Below are positions 37,797-52,316 of a DNA stretch of 64,000 nucleotides, in pieces; position 1 is the stretch's first letter, and each line of letters opens with the position of its first letter. The notes under the pieces were generated by a model. It searched no databases, had not been told where the DNA came from, and worked only from the letters and a program-made list of their open reading frames with translations. Both the position numbers and the translations under genes were made by a program. Location: positions 372,001-436,000 of the forward strand of contig CDLV01000012.1 in assembly GCA_001244265.2 (NCBI GenBank), read 5' to 3'. The DNA is from Microbotryum violaceum. Taxonomy: Eukaryota.

Positions 37797-40700
37797 TTAG
37801 TGTCCGTCTAAGCTGGGAGCGACCCTGCTCGCCTTCACGGATCCCGGGTGCGGCGCAACGATCGAAGGCGATCCGATGAGGACGCCATCATCCTGATCTC
37901 CCTCCACAACTTCGCCGATGGATTGCTCCTCACCCCCTGCCTTCGACAGAGAGGCGTCCGACCAAGTCTCCTCTTCAATGGCGGGGATGACTTGAGCTTC
38001 GGCTACAGCCTCGTCTGTACTTTCTTCTTTGATCCAATCGTCCGTAGATTCTTGAGGATCCGAGCCGAGCGACGGTGGTGTAGGTGCGCCATCCTTCGTC
38101 TCGACCTCGGTCTCTTTCGCCGCCGGACCGGATCCGGTCCCTTCCTCGGACTCGATCTCCCAATCATCCGGTTCACTGAACTCATCCGCCGAAAGGACCT
38201 CCACATCTTCCGTCGACTCCGTCGACTCCGTCGATCCCTTCACCTTCCCCTGTCTGCTCCCCTCCTTTTTTTCCTCCCTTGAAAGCGTACTCCCCCCACC
38301 CATCGACTTCCTCATCCAAGCCGGCGGCGAATCAGCGATCGAGAAGATCGGCTTGTTCTCCCTCGTCAACCCTTGCGTCCGCTGTACGAAATCGTCCCAA
38401 TCCTTCTCGTCTTTTATCAAGAACCCGACCAACATGCTGGGGTCAAGGGAAGTGATGGCCATCTTGCGTACTTTGTCGCAGTGGTACGTTGAGAGGGAAG
38501 GGTCGGGGTAGGCGGTGAGGAAGAACCTTTCGAGGGACGCGGCTTGAAAGTCTGGTTTGGCCAGGGTGGGAGAATGGACGGAGATAAATGATTCTGAGGC
38601 GTCCACTGTGGTGGGGGTCGTGGGCAAAGGCGTGGAGGATGAGATGGGGATGGACTGAGCCGGCCCAAACAGATCCGGCGGTGGATGGCGCAGCGGTATC
38701 GAAGGTTTCGAATGATGCGGGTCGATATAGAACAACGAATTCGCCTGCGCTCCAACAAAGTAATAAGACGACGAAGGTCTACCCCCCGCGATGCCGACGG
38801 ATTGGGGGAAGCGAAAGATGGCTTTGATCGCTTCGTGATAGACGGGGTTCACGCCTTCGATTCCTAGTCTCAGACCTAGGAGGACGAGAACAGGTCGCTG
38901 CCATGGCTTCTCCGGTGGCGTGATCTCGGACGTTGGTGTCGAGCTTGGCATCGACGAAGCGGCCTCAACTTCGGATCGATAGACAGTCCCGTCATTGACG
39001 CCTACGACGCTCAGTCCAGCGGGAGGGAAGTCATGCACAAGGGATTTGATCGCCCCCATCGCCGTAGAAGGGCCGAACCACTCGCCCACTTCCTTACCAA
39101 GCTGTTTGCCCGTCAAAGCGAAGCGATGGACGGAGAAGGGAGCTAAAGGCGAAGGATCGTCGACGAAGAGCGAAAGGATGCGAGCATACGTCGCGAACGA
39201 GGGGGGCAAGTTGACTGCCGGGGCCGATGTCGAGGCGTGGGTCTGCGAAGGCGTCGGCGGGGAAGGCAGACCTAGTGTTGGGAGGGGTCGTCGCCAATCT
39301 GTTCAGGACAGAGCAGTATCAGCACACATCTCATCTTCTCTTTCCCACGGACTCTCTGCGTAGCTCACCTCGACCCAAATGAACAGCCATCAAAGCATTC
39401 GCCAGCAAACTCTGACCCGTCCTAAGCATGCAACCCCAACCCGTATCGCTCGATAGCCCATCGGCCGTTCTCCCATTCGAACCCCTCCCGATGCTCATGC
39501 TCAACGAGTTGAAAAAACCTCCACCACCGACGTTACCCGGAGACGCGCATGGGATCGGAGGGAACCCTGATCGGTACGTCAGGGCCATGCGGGAATAGAA
39601 GTCGTGGTAGAAAGTGGAGGGCCAGCCCGAGGTCGTGGAGGATGAGGGCGCAAGGTTGACGGCTTCGCTGTCGACGTCCTCCTCGGAAGGTCGACTCGGT
39701 CGAGGACTCGTCTTGCCACCCTCGTTGATGGATGATTCTTCGCTTTTGGACGCCTGGTGGCAGACACCGAGGACCCAAATCTCGTCCTCGCATTTGTCGG
39801 CGTGACTATCCGAGTCAAAGAGGAACTGCGCCGTCTTGTCCAAGAATCGATCAAAGGGTCCCAACGATCGTCCACCATTACCTTTAGTGCTCAAAGCCGT
39901 TGCACTCCCTCGCTTTGGCGGTGATGCTCGCGACGGACTCGAAGAGGCTGACCCCGGTGAAGTCGATTTCGAAAGCCGAGGTAAAGCCCGCGACGTCATC
40001 ATCGGGGAAGGCGGGTCGTTCCCGGCAGGCGAGTTGGGACCCAACGTCTCAATGTTAATGATATTGTTGAACCATCCCCCTATACGTCCACCGACCGAGG
40101 ATTGAGCCTCCGAGGAAGCTGGAGGTGCGAACGAATCGCTCGCCCGAGGATTGAAATCAGGGTCGAGACAGGCTTCGAGTTCCTGACTTCGGCTCAGCGA
40201 CTCGGTAGACCACGTCGCGGACTTCTTCCGCACTATACCCAGGTTTGATGCTGTCGAGGCCTTATTTACGCAACGAGTAGGAGAAGAAGCGACGAGCTCC
40301 TCCGGGATCGAAAACTCGTGCTCGTTTTGCGCCTCGGGTCGCCCGAAGAGCTTGGATCGAGTCTTGCGCAAGCTGAATCTCCCCACGCCATTTTTGGGTG
40401 GTGGCGGTGCATCGACCGAGGGCTTACTGGTTGTCAATCTCGGCGCAGCCTGCAGACGCGCATCGAAGGGCAAAGTAGCCCCATCATCGAAACTGGTTTC
40501 GGCCCAGTCTTCGAGCTCGCCATCATGAGCGCTCGCAGCAGACCCTTTGCCCTTGTTGCGCACGTTCCTGAACGACAAGGAGCTGAGCGCCCTCGAAGTG
40601 GCCGAGATCTTGGACTCCTTATCCTTTTCAGATGAGAGCGAGTTTCTTAGCGTTTGAATGGGTGATGCGGACCGCGACGAGGAGGGGGAGTGAGCCGAAC

Positions 40701-41298
40701 TCGAGGAAGAAATGGAAATGGTTGGGTGGACCAGAGCGGCGCGAGGATCTTGCGTCGACGAGGTGGGGTGGGTTGCACTTGCTCTTCTTGTAATCCTACG
40801 TGCGTTCTTGGTGCTGCTGGACGAGGTGGAGGATTCGGTCGATCCGCGCGAGAGCCATCGGGTGAGTTTGTTTGATGACGAGCCCGCCGACGAAAGGTTG
40901 GGGCCGAGCTGGAGTGATGTGTCGTGACCGGTGTTTGAGCTGTGGTTGACATTGTCAACTAGGATGATATCGTGCTCTTGTGGTTTCGGTCCATCGCCCT
41001 GCCGTGGGACAAGGACCGCATTGTCGCCGGTAGGAGGAGGAGAGGGCGAGGTTGCCAAAGGCCGAGGTGGGGAGGAGGCCCGAGCGGGTGGTCGAGGCGA
41101 GCCAGCTCCTGACTGCGTTGACTGCCTGAGAGGGGAAGTAGTGGCTTGTGGTCTTTCTATCGCAAACGAAGGAACACTAGCCGCCGATGGATCCGTCGAC
41201 ACGACCAGAGCTGCTGCGGCTTGCGGTGTCGCAGCCGAGTGCTCTGGGCTGGTAGTGGTGGCGGTCGAGATTGGAGCATCCTCCGCCATCGTTCCCAT
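37797..41298 (-). CDS. ATG4: Autophagy cysteine protease Atg4 (peptidase C54) with long disordered N-terminus
   Basis: DFYSRMALTYRSGF, SSDTGWGCMLRTGQSLLANAL (catalytic Cys), GEWFGPS, GIAGGRPSSSYYFVG, YIDPHH (Asp/His), SLDPSMLVGF. Confidence 0.95.
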
Positions 41299-42343
41299 TT
41301 AGCGGCGACGGCGGAGCGCCCCGATGGAGGATGTGAGTTGATAATCCACTGCCAGTATAGGGAACGAACCCTCGAGTCAGCAGGGCTCCAGTAGTGCAAG
41401 GTTAGGAGGTGTAGAACAGGCAATGGATCGGCATTGGAGTAAGCGAGCGGGCTGAGCCCCACGTAGCGCCTCCCGGCCGTGCGGATAATCTGAGCTCGTG
41501 GATGAATGTTGTCCAGTACAGCCTCAACCTTGCGCGCGCCCGTATGTGTTTCTGTTTCGCCCCCGTCGGTGTCGCAGTTGTGCGCAGTTTTGGGACGGTG
41601 CGATGGCCGAGCCAGCGGGGGTGATGCCGCGTGACGCGAGCTTGGACTGCCACGGACGACGGCGACCCGTTGACCGAGTCACGTGGAAGGCGTCGGCTCG
41701 CCTTGGAGGATGGAACGAAACGTCACAAGCCGGAGCTCACCTTGATTGACAGACGGACACACCGACGTGGCTCAAAGTGCGGCGTGGCAGCCTCTGAGGC
41801 CGCGTATTCGAAAGGGCACAGGAGATAGCGAACCCACCTTCATCGCCAGCGGGCCCGCTGTCGCGCCTTGTCGCGCTGTCGGTCAACGCGAGACTTGAGA
41901 CGTTTCACTGCAGACCGTCGAAGCCTAACCGAGGACGAATGCGATCTATGCAAATCTAACCCGACCAGCAGCAGTAAGTAGCACAAAAAGCTCAAAGTAT
42001 CAGTAGTACAAAAGATTGTGGCATGGCAGAACCACGAAATCTCTCGATGATTCAATCCTCGGCCCGGGGGCAAACTTGAAGGATTACACTCAAAATGAAA
42101 TTGATTCGACCGGCAGGCAGTGTTGGAGCCCACCCAGATTAGACGCGCGCGTGGCCTCTGGCGCACACAGGCTGGCAGGGAAGCCATCATCGCTGTTCGT
42201 CCTGGCTGGCGGTCAGATTCAGTCGTGGCCCTTGTACTTCCACTACAACCCGGCCCGACCTCTCCAGAAACGATCGTTCCCTTTGGCCCTTTGGATCTTG
42301 TCCCGATCTTCCTTTCCTCGAACCCGTTTACGCCGTGCACACG

Positions 42344-43758
<1,415 letters not shown>

Positions 43759-44626
43759 ATCGCTTCGATGACCATCTTTTTTGCTTCATTGTACATGCCA
43801 TACTTCCTGCACACCTCGATCCAGTTCATCAAGAAGGAAATTCTTCTTGCATACCCCCCTTTTTTCGGAAAGATTCTGGTCCGTCGTCGTAACGATCTAT
43901 CCTTATTCCCCCCGTCACCCGCATCTCTCTGGCCGTCCGACTCTCCGGCGTTCCCGAAGGCCCCCTACCCCATCTAGGTCTCTTCCATCCACTCTCATAC
44001 CACCCCATCTTTTACTTTCGGTCGTTCCTTTCGGCCTTCTCATTCCCATCTTTGTGCCCTTGGGATCCTCTCCTCCATCTCCTCTCCTCTCTCTGTTCCG
44101 TTCCGTTCTGTTTTGGTTGTACTGGTCGTTTGCGCAGTGACACCGACCCTTTGCTTTCGTAATAAACCCTCCCGATATACTTTTGTGCGTCCACATCCGC
44201 TTCGGACGAGAAAGGATGATCAGAATCAGAGAGACTAGAGAACATAATAAAGTTCCGCTTTCGGCCCCTATCAAGTTCCCTTCTCTTGCTCTTCTCCACT
44301 CTCGTCATGATTCACGAGTAGGGAACACGGCGTTGAAAATCCAAACTATTATAAGAATACAAAATTGTCATGTAAACAGGACGCACACGATATTTGGTTT
44401 GCTTTTTCCTACGCCAAAAGAAAAGGGAAGAAGAATAGAAGTGAACCCTGTTCTTACTTGTTGTCGTCGCTAAAAACAGAAAGCAAAAAACTCCCTTGTG
44501 ACGTCTCCCTCTAAGATTGAGGAAGAAGTTCTTGAAAAAAAAAGGGGGAAGAAAGAGGAGAAGAACCGAAGAAGTAAAGAACGGCAAAAGGACGCGTTCT
44601 GAGCCCCCGAACATGGTATCGCACCC

Positions 44627-47600
44627 TCATAAACTCTCATCCAAATCAATCGCCCTGATATCCTCCTCCGAACTAGTCGTCATCATATCCCCCCCATCCG
44701 TACCCTGGATCGGAAGGACCGAATCCCCCAATCTCAACAACGGAGCATTCGTCGTCGATCGATGCGATCTGGGACGATGGTTCATCCCTGTTGATGGACC
44801 ACGACTTGACTGGGACCAGTGGAAACGGGAGGAGGAGGCGTGAGGGGACCAGGTGTAGATGGGGACGTTAAGCGAGGCGAGATAGTCCGGTGAAGGCATG
44901 TGGACTTGGGAGATAGGACCGGACTGAGGAGGTGAGTGAGAAGTCAGTACATGAGAATGAGATCGACGCCAGAGAATCTCTCAAATGTTACTCACAAAAG
45001 TACTTTCGATCAAACTAGCGCCATCAGCTGGTGAAGATTGGCGAACCAAGAGCGGGATACCTCGCAACGGCAAATCGGCATCGGTTTCGTCCGACGTTGC
45101 TCCCCCGTTCGAGCTCGACGACGAGGAGACATGCGACAGACCTTTGCGCAATCGAGGACGCACCAAGGAGGTCGGCGGATGGGGGATCATGCGCGTGTCC
45201 ACGATCTGGTGGCGTTCGAATCGAGGTCGTTTCTTCGAGGTTTCACCCGTGATGGCGGCGTCGGGCCTCGTCCTCTTCTCAATCGTGGGTTCGGGCAAGT
45301 CGTCGAAACGTAGGGTGACGACGATGGTAAACGCATCCGCAGGCGAGACGTCAGACATACCGCTCGTCTTGAGGCCTTGCAGCTGTCCGAACGAAAGAGG
45401 CTCGTTGGCCCATGTGTTCTGGCTGGGTTGCATCGCCACACCATCATCAAAGTGCAACGATCCTTTGCCATCGACGTCCATCGCTTCGTCATCATCAATG
45501 GGCAAAACGACTCGAACAGCTTTGCCGAGAATCGTCGCTCCGTCAGGACTGGGTGAACGCTTAACCGAAACCTCCTCGCGAGGTCGATATCCAAGAGGTA
45601 GAGGGGCGTTCAGGTCACTCGGCCATACCTCCGAAAGCGGCTCCTTCGATAGATCGGAACAAAACTTAGCGTCGGCGTAAAACAGCATCGTGCCCGTGAT
45701 ACCGACCTCGTCCTCGTCAGTCGCGACCACGCGCTTCGGCTCGGACCCTGATGCTTGTGCCGACGAGTTGCCACCCGCAGTCGAAGCAGCACCCCGACTT
45801 AACGCAGCTCCACTCGAGCGAACGAGGACATGATCGCATCGAGAAAAGAAGGGCAGATAGGGTGTGTGGGTGCTGACTTTGATCGGTGGCGGGAGGCTCG
45901 ATTTGGTGGCGTGAGACCCGGGTGAGTTCTGTGTGCGACGACCGACCGACGAAGCAGCGGCCGCTTTGACCGATGGCACCTTGCTCTCTGAGCCCAAGGG
46001 ATGAATCTGCGACCCAGGCGAAAGGTCAAGGCGCTGTACTGCGGCAGTCGTTGGGGTGTGCCGTGTAATCTGGGATCGAGCATCGGTCGCCGCGTCCGCA
46101 CCCTCGAGCTTGTGAACAACCGAATCAGGGTAAAGAGAGGTGGCGGCGGTCGAGGCGACGGGGCCGGATCCACAGTTCCAGCTTCGCTCACGATCACCAG
46201 TCATGTCCGAAATTGACGAGTCCAATCCAGTACTCGATGGTGCGTGCCATGAGAGCCGACGTTGGTCCAAAGCTCGCCGTCGATCGGCGTAGGAAGGGAT
46301 CATCGCATCACTGAAGGGACCCGTCACAACCATCGGCGTCGGTCGATCCTCCTTGATCGATCCCCCGGTCTGAGGCTTGAACAAGTCGGTTCCCTTCCAC
46401 CTCACCTTGGCTCCCGAGCTCGAGACCTCCAGTCGGGTTGACAAGGTCCGGATCGCGCTCTCGATGAATGGCATCGTCACGCTGAAGCGGTGGGTCATCG
46501 CCATCGTGCAAACGAGCTTAAGGTAGACCCAACCATTGGACAGGAAGTCCTGCTCGAGCAACTCGCTAAGGTACTCCTCGTTCGACTGCGTCCCCTTCAC
46601 GCCCTTGCAACGCGCTTCGAACGAGCTCCGGAACAACTTCTCGATGGAGTTGACGACTGCTTGCGCAGTAGACATGGACTTGTCGTCGATGGTCACTGAA
46701 GGGCGTTGGGTATTCTCGCGAGTGGCCCACATGGCGGTAGGTTCGTCCTCTTTAGTCGGCGTCGTCTCGCCCGTGTCTCCGGAGGTCGTGGCTGCTTCCA
46801 CCGCCTTGCTCGGCCCCTCGATATCGTCGGCACGCCTGTGCTTGCGAGTCTTCTTGTGCTTCTTCTCCTTGCGTTTCTTTCTGTCCGAATCACTCGAAGA
46901 ATCAATTTTGATCCCCGCGCCAGTCCCCGTCGTCGACGTCGGTTCGAACCCGAAATCGCTGGGACCGGCCAAGACATCGCGTTCTGACGAGGCGCTCTTG
47001 CGCGATCGGTGGAACTTGCGGTCGGGGATCTTGGGAGGTGGAAGCGAGGGAAGCACGGTAGATGCAATAGGGTGGGATGAATGGAGAAGCACCTGTGGTC
47101 GATGCTCGGCCGTCGTCGGTGTGGTAGCGGCAGAGGCGACAGCTGATGTGGGTGTCGATGTATCGTGCAGTTGGGAGATGCCCTGAACGTAGCGCGTCAA
47201 GAAGGTCTCGAGGTCTTCTCGCTTTTCCCTGTGGACAGAAAGCTTGAATTAGCACATGAGACTAAACTGCGGTCTCACCGGCTGCGTTCCCTCGTCACTC
47301 AGGCACCCGCACACGTACTCGCTGAGACCTTCAAAGTATCGAATTTCGAACAATCGGTCCCGTTTGAGTGTGGCGGGAACACGAGCGGCTTCGTACCGTC
47401 TCAGCTTAGCTTTCAGCACTTGATCTGTGGATGCAAAAAATCAGCTCCCTCCTGAATGGACGCCACGAATCGCGCCATCGCGACTCACTCTCAAGAGCCA
47501 GATCGTCGACGATGGTCCTAAACTCCTCATTACTCGCACCAACAGCCTGTGGTGTTCTACGCGTTCCTTTCGCCTTGCGAGCCTCGAGCTCACTCGCCGA

Positions 47601-48623
47601 ATCAAGCGACGACGTCCCCGCAGTGATGCCAGCGTCTTCTCGATCGTCGCTTATCCCCTTCTCCTCGCTCGTCACGGCCTCTTCCATATTCTCGTCCCCG
47701 TCCGAGTCATTACTCGAGACTGAAATCCCAAGCGCTCCAACGCGTCGGATCCGGATCAAGGGGTCTCGACGACTTTGGACCAAGCCCTTGAGAAGATTCG
47801 TGCTCTTCCACCCTCGATCTCGATGACCCTCTTTCTTGAGAACCTTCGAGGCTCCTTCCTCATCATCATCCTCTTCGTCGTCATCGTCATTCTCATCGGA
47901 TTCGTCGGTCTCGTCATCGCTCGTATCGGGTGGCAGACTCGCCGACACGGAAGGGCGCAACGACGCGTTCTCCAACGAATCCTTGTCATCGACGCCACCG
48001 ACGCCGTCGATCGCTCGACCTTTACCCTTGTTCGAACGGGGGATCACGTGCGCCCTTCCCAACGTATCAGGCAATGGTTTGTTGAGATGGGTCCAAGGAG
48101 CATGGGTGAACCCTGCAGTTAACCCCGTTGAAGTTGAGGTGGTCGGTCCGTATTTAACCTTGGACCCGTCAAAGTCGGACGCGCTCGATTCTTGCCTCGA
48201 CAGGGGATAGCGATGCGAAGCGTGAGAAGGCGCGTGACCGTGAGAGTGGCCGTCCTGGGTTAGAGGGTGGTGGTGGTGGTGGTGTTGGGAGAATGATCCA
48301 GCTGGGTGCATGGTGTGCTGTTCGTCTTCTCGAATGAGATTGAGTTGAGAATCAATTTTGGGGTGGGATGGGTGCAAAGGCCATGATGATGACGATGACG
48401 ACGACGAAGGCAGGCCCAGCGCGCCTCTGCCAGCAGTGCACCGGTCGTCGGCCGCGGCTGGCCAGGGCGCCGTGGGCTCGGCGCCGCTGGGGGTGGTGCT
48501 GGTGCTGGCCCCGGGATCGACGCTCGAACTGGCTTCTGTGTCAGCTCGATGTCCGCCACGACTACTCTCCCCCGTCGTGGTTGTCGTCGTACTGTGACCA
48601 CTCAGGTCATTGTTTGACGACAT
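44627..48623 (-). CDS. frq: FREQUENCY (FRQ)-like circadian clock protein, ~1256 aa; exons 48623-47489, 47424-47319, 47228-44996, 44923-44627
   Basis: Collinear FRQ blocks: EFRTIVDDLALENQVLKAKLRRYE, RLFEIRYFEGLSEEKREDLETFL, VVNSIEKLF, GWVYLKLVCTMAMTHRFSVTMPFIESAIRTLSTRLEVSSSGAKVRWKG, GTMLFYADAKFCSDLS, GMSDVSPADAFTIVVT; three GT-AG introns give one 3771-nt open frame. Confidence 0.85.
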
Positions 48624-49842
48624 CCAACAACGGGTGAATGGTTTGCTGTCGTGTTGGGTAGCAGAGCTTTGGGGTCAAGCTCGCGGAGTTCTCGGTTGGC
48701 GGTGATGTGTGTGGGTGCGCGTGCGCGTGTTCTGTTCGCGATCGGCCTAAGAACTCGGGAAGATGAGTGACGACGACGGAGGGGCGGCTGATCCGAGGTG
48801 TAGAGGGGGTTGATTGTGGTGACTGTGTACGTCGGAGGGGAATGACCTAACTTGTAATAGTGGCAATAGAGGGAAGTCGAAAGGGATGCGTCTCGTCGAT
48901 TAGAACAAGGCACGATCAGCTCTAAAATGAAAGAAAACGACTCCAGGCATAAGGAGCTTGTGCAGGTTTTGGCCCCCAGCAGCTGTGCCTCACTTGGATG
49001 GATTAATGGATCGAGTGCCGATCGGCGGTGTGCCGCGCGCGCCTCCCCCACAAAAATCGGTCTCGGACTTTCTTTGCAGGTTTGAGGTCAGGCCGTCGTC
49101 TCTTCTCTACCGGGTTGGAAAAGATTGAGAAGCTTATTTGTAGAGCAGCATGATTCGAGCAATCCTACAACACCATCGAACCAACTGCTCGCACCAAGGA
49201 ACCTATACGAACGCTCCTTTCCGGGCAGAAAGATCGCCACTCCGACGGCCTGCCAGTAGTGGCGCGCGGGAAAAAGTGGCAGCTGCGGGAAAGTCCGCGG
49301 CGGTGACCGCGATCTATTTCACCGGCCTATTTAGAGCCTACTAGTCCTACTTGACGATCGTCCACTCCGTCCATTCAAAACAAAAGATAGGAATTTTACT
49401 CGCTACATGACTCGATCCCAACCCTATATCGATCGGGGATTCCAAGGCGCGAGATCGCGCGTTTCGAGGCTTGACCTCGATATCCTCGATGCTAAGATGA
49501 CCCGGCATCGCGAAGAGGATCGACAATTTAATTGTTCGCACGGGAGGATGGTGATGCATTTTCATGCGCTCATCAAGCCAGACTCATCATCTATTCGGGA
49601 AGCGAGAGCGATGTTTTGATGTGGTAAGAGGTACATTGAAGACATAGCGACTACATACAAAGAGAACTCGGAGGTACAGAGCAGAAGCTTATCTGATCGG
49701 AGTGGGTCGGCGGATGGATGACAATGTCAGATGATCACGTGACCCAATCGGCGATCGTTCTAGCGCCAGCCAAAGCTTACGACGCCACTCACCGCCAAAC
49801 CTCCGCCACTCGTCAAATCCTTCTGAAAGCAGACCCCTCCCT

Positions 49843-51996
49843 CTACATGGGCAGCACCTCCTCCCTGGAGAAATCTGCAGTCGGATCAAAGTCCTGTCTC
49901 CTCGACTTGCGATATGCTTCCATCTCTTCCTCCGTCACCCCACCCAAATGCTTCTTCCGATCCCCTCCGTCGGTCGCTTCCTCGCCCGCTTTCCTCTTAG
50001 TTCCTCCCGCCGCTTTCAGCTTGTCCTTCTCTTCCTTGTACTTATCCGCTTTAATCTGCATCAGAGTCTTGGTCGGTGCGGCGTTCGAAGAGGCTTTGGC
50101 GGATAGGAGGCCCAACCCTCCTGTAGCTTCGGCTTTGGCGGCTTCGATCGAGGCTTGTCCGGAGCAGTACGAGTTCTTGACCGACGAGTGACAGCACGCG
50201 AAGCCCCATTGGCCCGTGAGGGTGTTGTACCATGAGCCCCAGATCGATGTGTGGTTGCCAGGGTAGACTGTAGGCAACAACGAGAGGAGATCAGCTCCAT
50301 GTGCCCGCCACACTGAACGAAAAAGCTTTGTGAGCACCCACCATCCTCGTCGTACTTGGACTTTGCCTTTGCCCTCTCCCGTCCCTTGATGACTTGCCCC
50401 GTCCTCGAATACTCGACATAGTTCTCCGTCTGACCGCCCAACAACTCCTTCGGTGCCCTCTCCAGATGTTCCTCCCCACCATACCGTTCCAAAATCGACG
50501 CCGCCGACGTCTCCTTGAGTTTGTCCTTCTTCTCTATGAATTCCTTGTGTACGAGAGCAGATTGGGTCGGGTTCGAGTTGAGGTGCACATCGTTACCTCG
50601 GGATTCGGATTGCCAAGCAAAAAGTTGGAGCTTTTGCACGTCCATCGCGCCTCCCGAGTGGCGAGCAAAGTTGTCTCCCGCAAAGACGGCCTACCGGAGA
50701 GTCATGTGGTCAGCCCAAGTCGTTGATGAGCCCGTGTAGCGATGGCCACTTACATCTTCCGGTCGCACACCCGCAATGGGGGCCTCTCGCATCGAACGCG
50801 TCTTGGGGTCGTAGTAAGCCGAGTCGATATCGAGGTTCATCAAATACTTTGCCGTGTCTTCACGGATGCGCAAGTTCCTAACCGTGATACGAGTCTTGGT
50901 ATCGACCTTTTGCCCTGCCACATCCGCGCCTTCAGCGTACTTGTCCTCATCGTCCCCTTCCCCATTATCGGCCTCTGATTCGTCGGACGACCCAAAATCG
51001 TCGTCGTCGTCTTGCTTCTTCTTGTTGCCTTTGCCCGCGCGAGCGGCCTTCTTGACCGCTTTATCATCGACCGCTGCCGAGCCTTTATCGATCGCCTCTT
51101 CCCTCAACTTGCGTCTCGCCTCTTCCAAAGCCTCATGTTCCTCCACCACAGCGCGATGGGAAGCCGGATCATAACCATCCCATCGATCCCTCTTGGCATC
51201 GAAATCGCCCTGTCCTTCGAGACCGTTGAGTCCGACGCGATCGTTGTGAATGATTTCGTCGGCGGCGATGTTCTTGCCCGTGTAACGAGCGCCGACTTTG
51301 CGAGGTCGTTCGAGACAGTCCTTCTTCTTGTGAGTCATGGCACCACAGTTCTCGCAGGCGCCTTTGCGGAACTTGTTCGCTGCCGGAGCCTGAGGAATGG
51401 AGCGGAGCGTAGGGTGAGCGTTCGTTTCGTTCGTTCGGGCAAGTGACCGAGCTCGATTGGTGGTACTCACCGCTCGTTCACCCCGTTCATATCGTGACTT
51501 TAGTTTACCTGGATCACGATCATTACCCCTCGCCAGCATCTGTTGAGGTAGATTCCCACGTATAGAAGAAGCGAGTCAGTACCCTACGCGATGTGGAACC
51601 GCTCAGCGCATGCGACGCTACGCTCACCTTTTGATGCTTCAACGACGGTCCTTCAGTTTGGACCAAGTACCAAGGAGCTTTCGACATGAACTCGGGGATA
51701 TGAGGGTTGATTGCTTGACCATCTTCGTCGACCGCCGGCGCGGCCGTACCGGCTTTACGGGCCGCATCGAGATCCTTTTGACGACGGCTGTTTTTTTAGA
51801 AAAGGGGAGGTGAGTAGGGGTGGGGGGGGAAGAGGTATGGGGTGAGTGTGGATGGTGTGAGGGTACTTACAACTCTTCGCGGGAGAGTTTGGCTGAACGG
51901 GGACGGCAGGACACGACGGAGTGGATCGGTCAGCAATCAGCCAGGCGTATGACTGAGGTTGACTGGGGATCCGGGGTGGGTTGACTCACCTGACAT
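49843..51996 (-). CDS. SLU7: Pre-mRNA splicing factor Slu7, multi-exon
   Basis: [15 protein letters not shown]; zinc knuckle [60 protein letters not shown]. Confidence 0.95.
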
Positions 51997-52316
51997 GATG
52001 AATGAAGTTCTGGCTGGGGGGTGGGGGCCAAGAGAGAGGAGGCCACAGAGGAGCAGGCGCTGTCACTCGCTGCTCTCGCTCATCGCCCCGCTCGGCTGCG
52101 CTCGGACCCGGCCGGACGCGCCCGACCCAAGTCAGCCCAAGGCCTCCCCAAGTCACGAGCTGCAGCAGGCGACGACGGGCTGCCGTTCTTCTCGCCCCGC
52201 CTCCTAGTCCACTTCCTACTTGCGCGCACCCGCAAGCTCAAGAGCGTCTGCCAGCTTTCGACCGCGGGGCCAAGACTCGGACCGGCGTCGTAGTCGTCCC
52301 ACTCCCCACTCACGCC

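Noticed and set aside
51997-52316. SLU7/TAF5 divergent pair as a functional cluster
   Set aside because: Short divergent spacers are common in this compact genome and the two proteins do not share a complex
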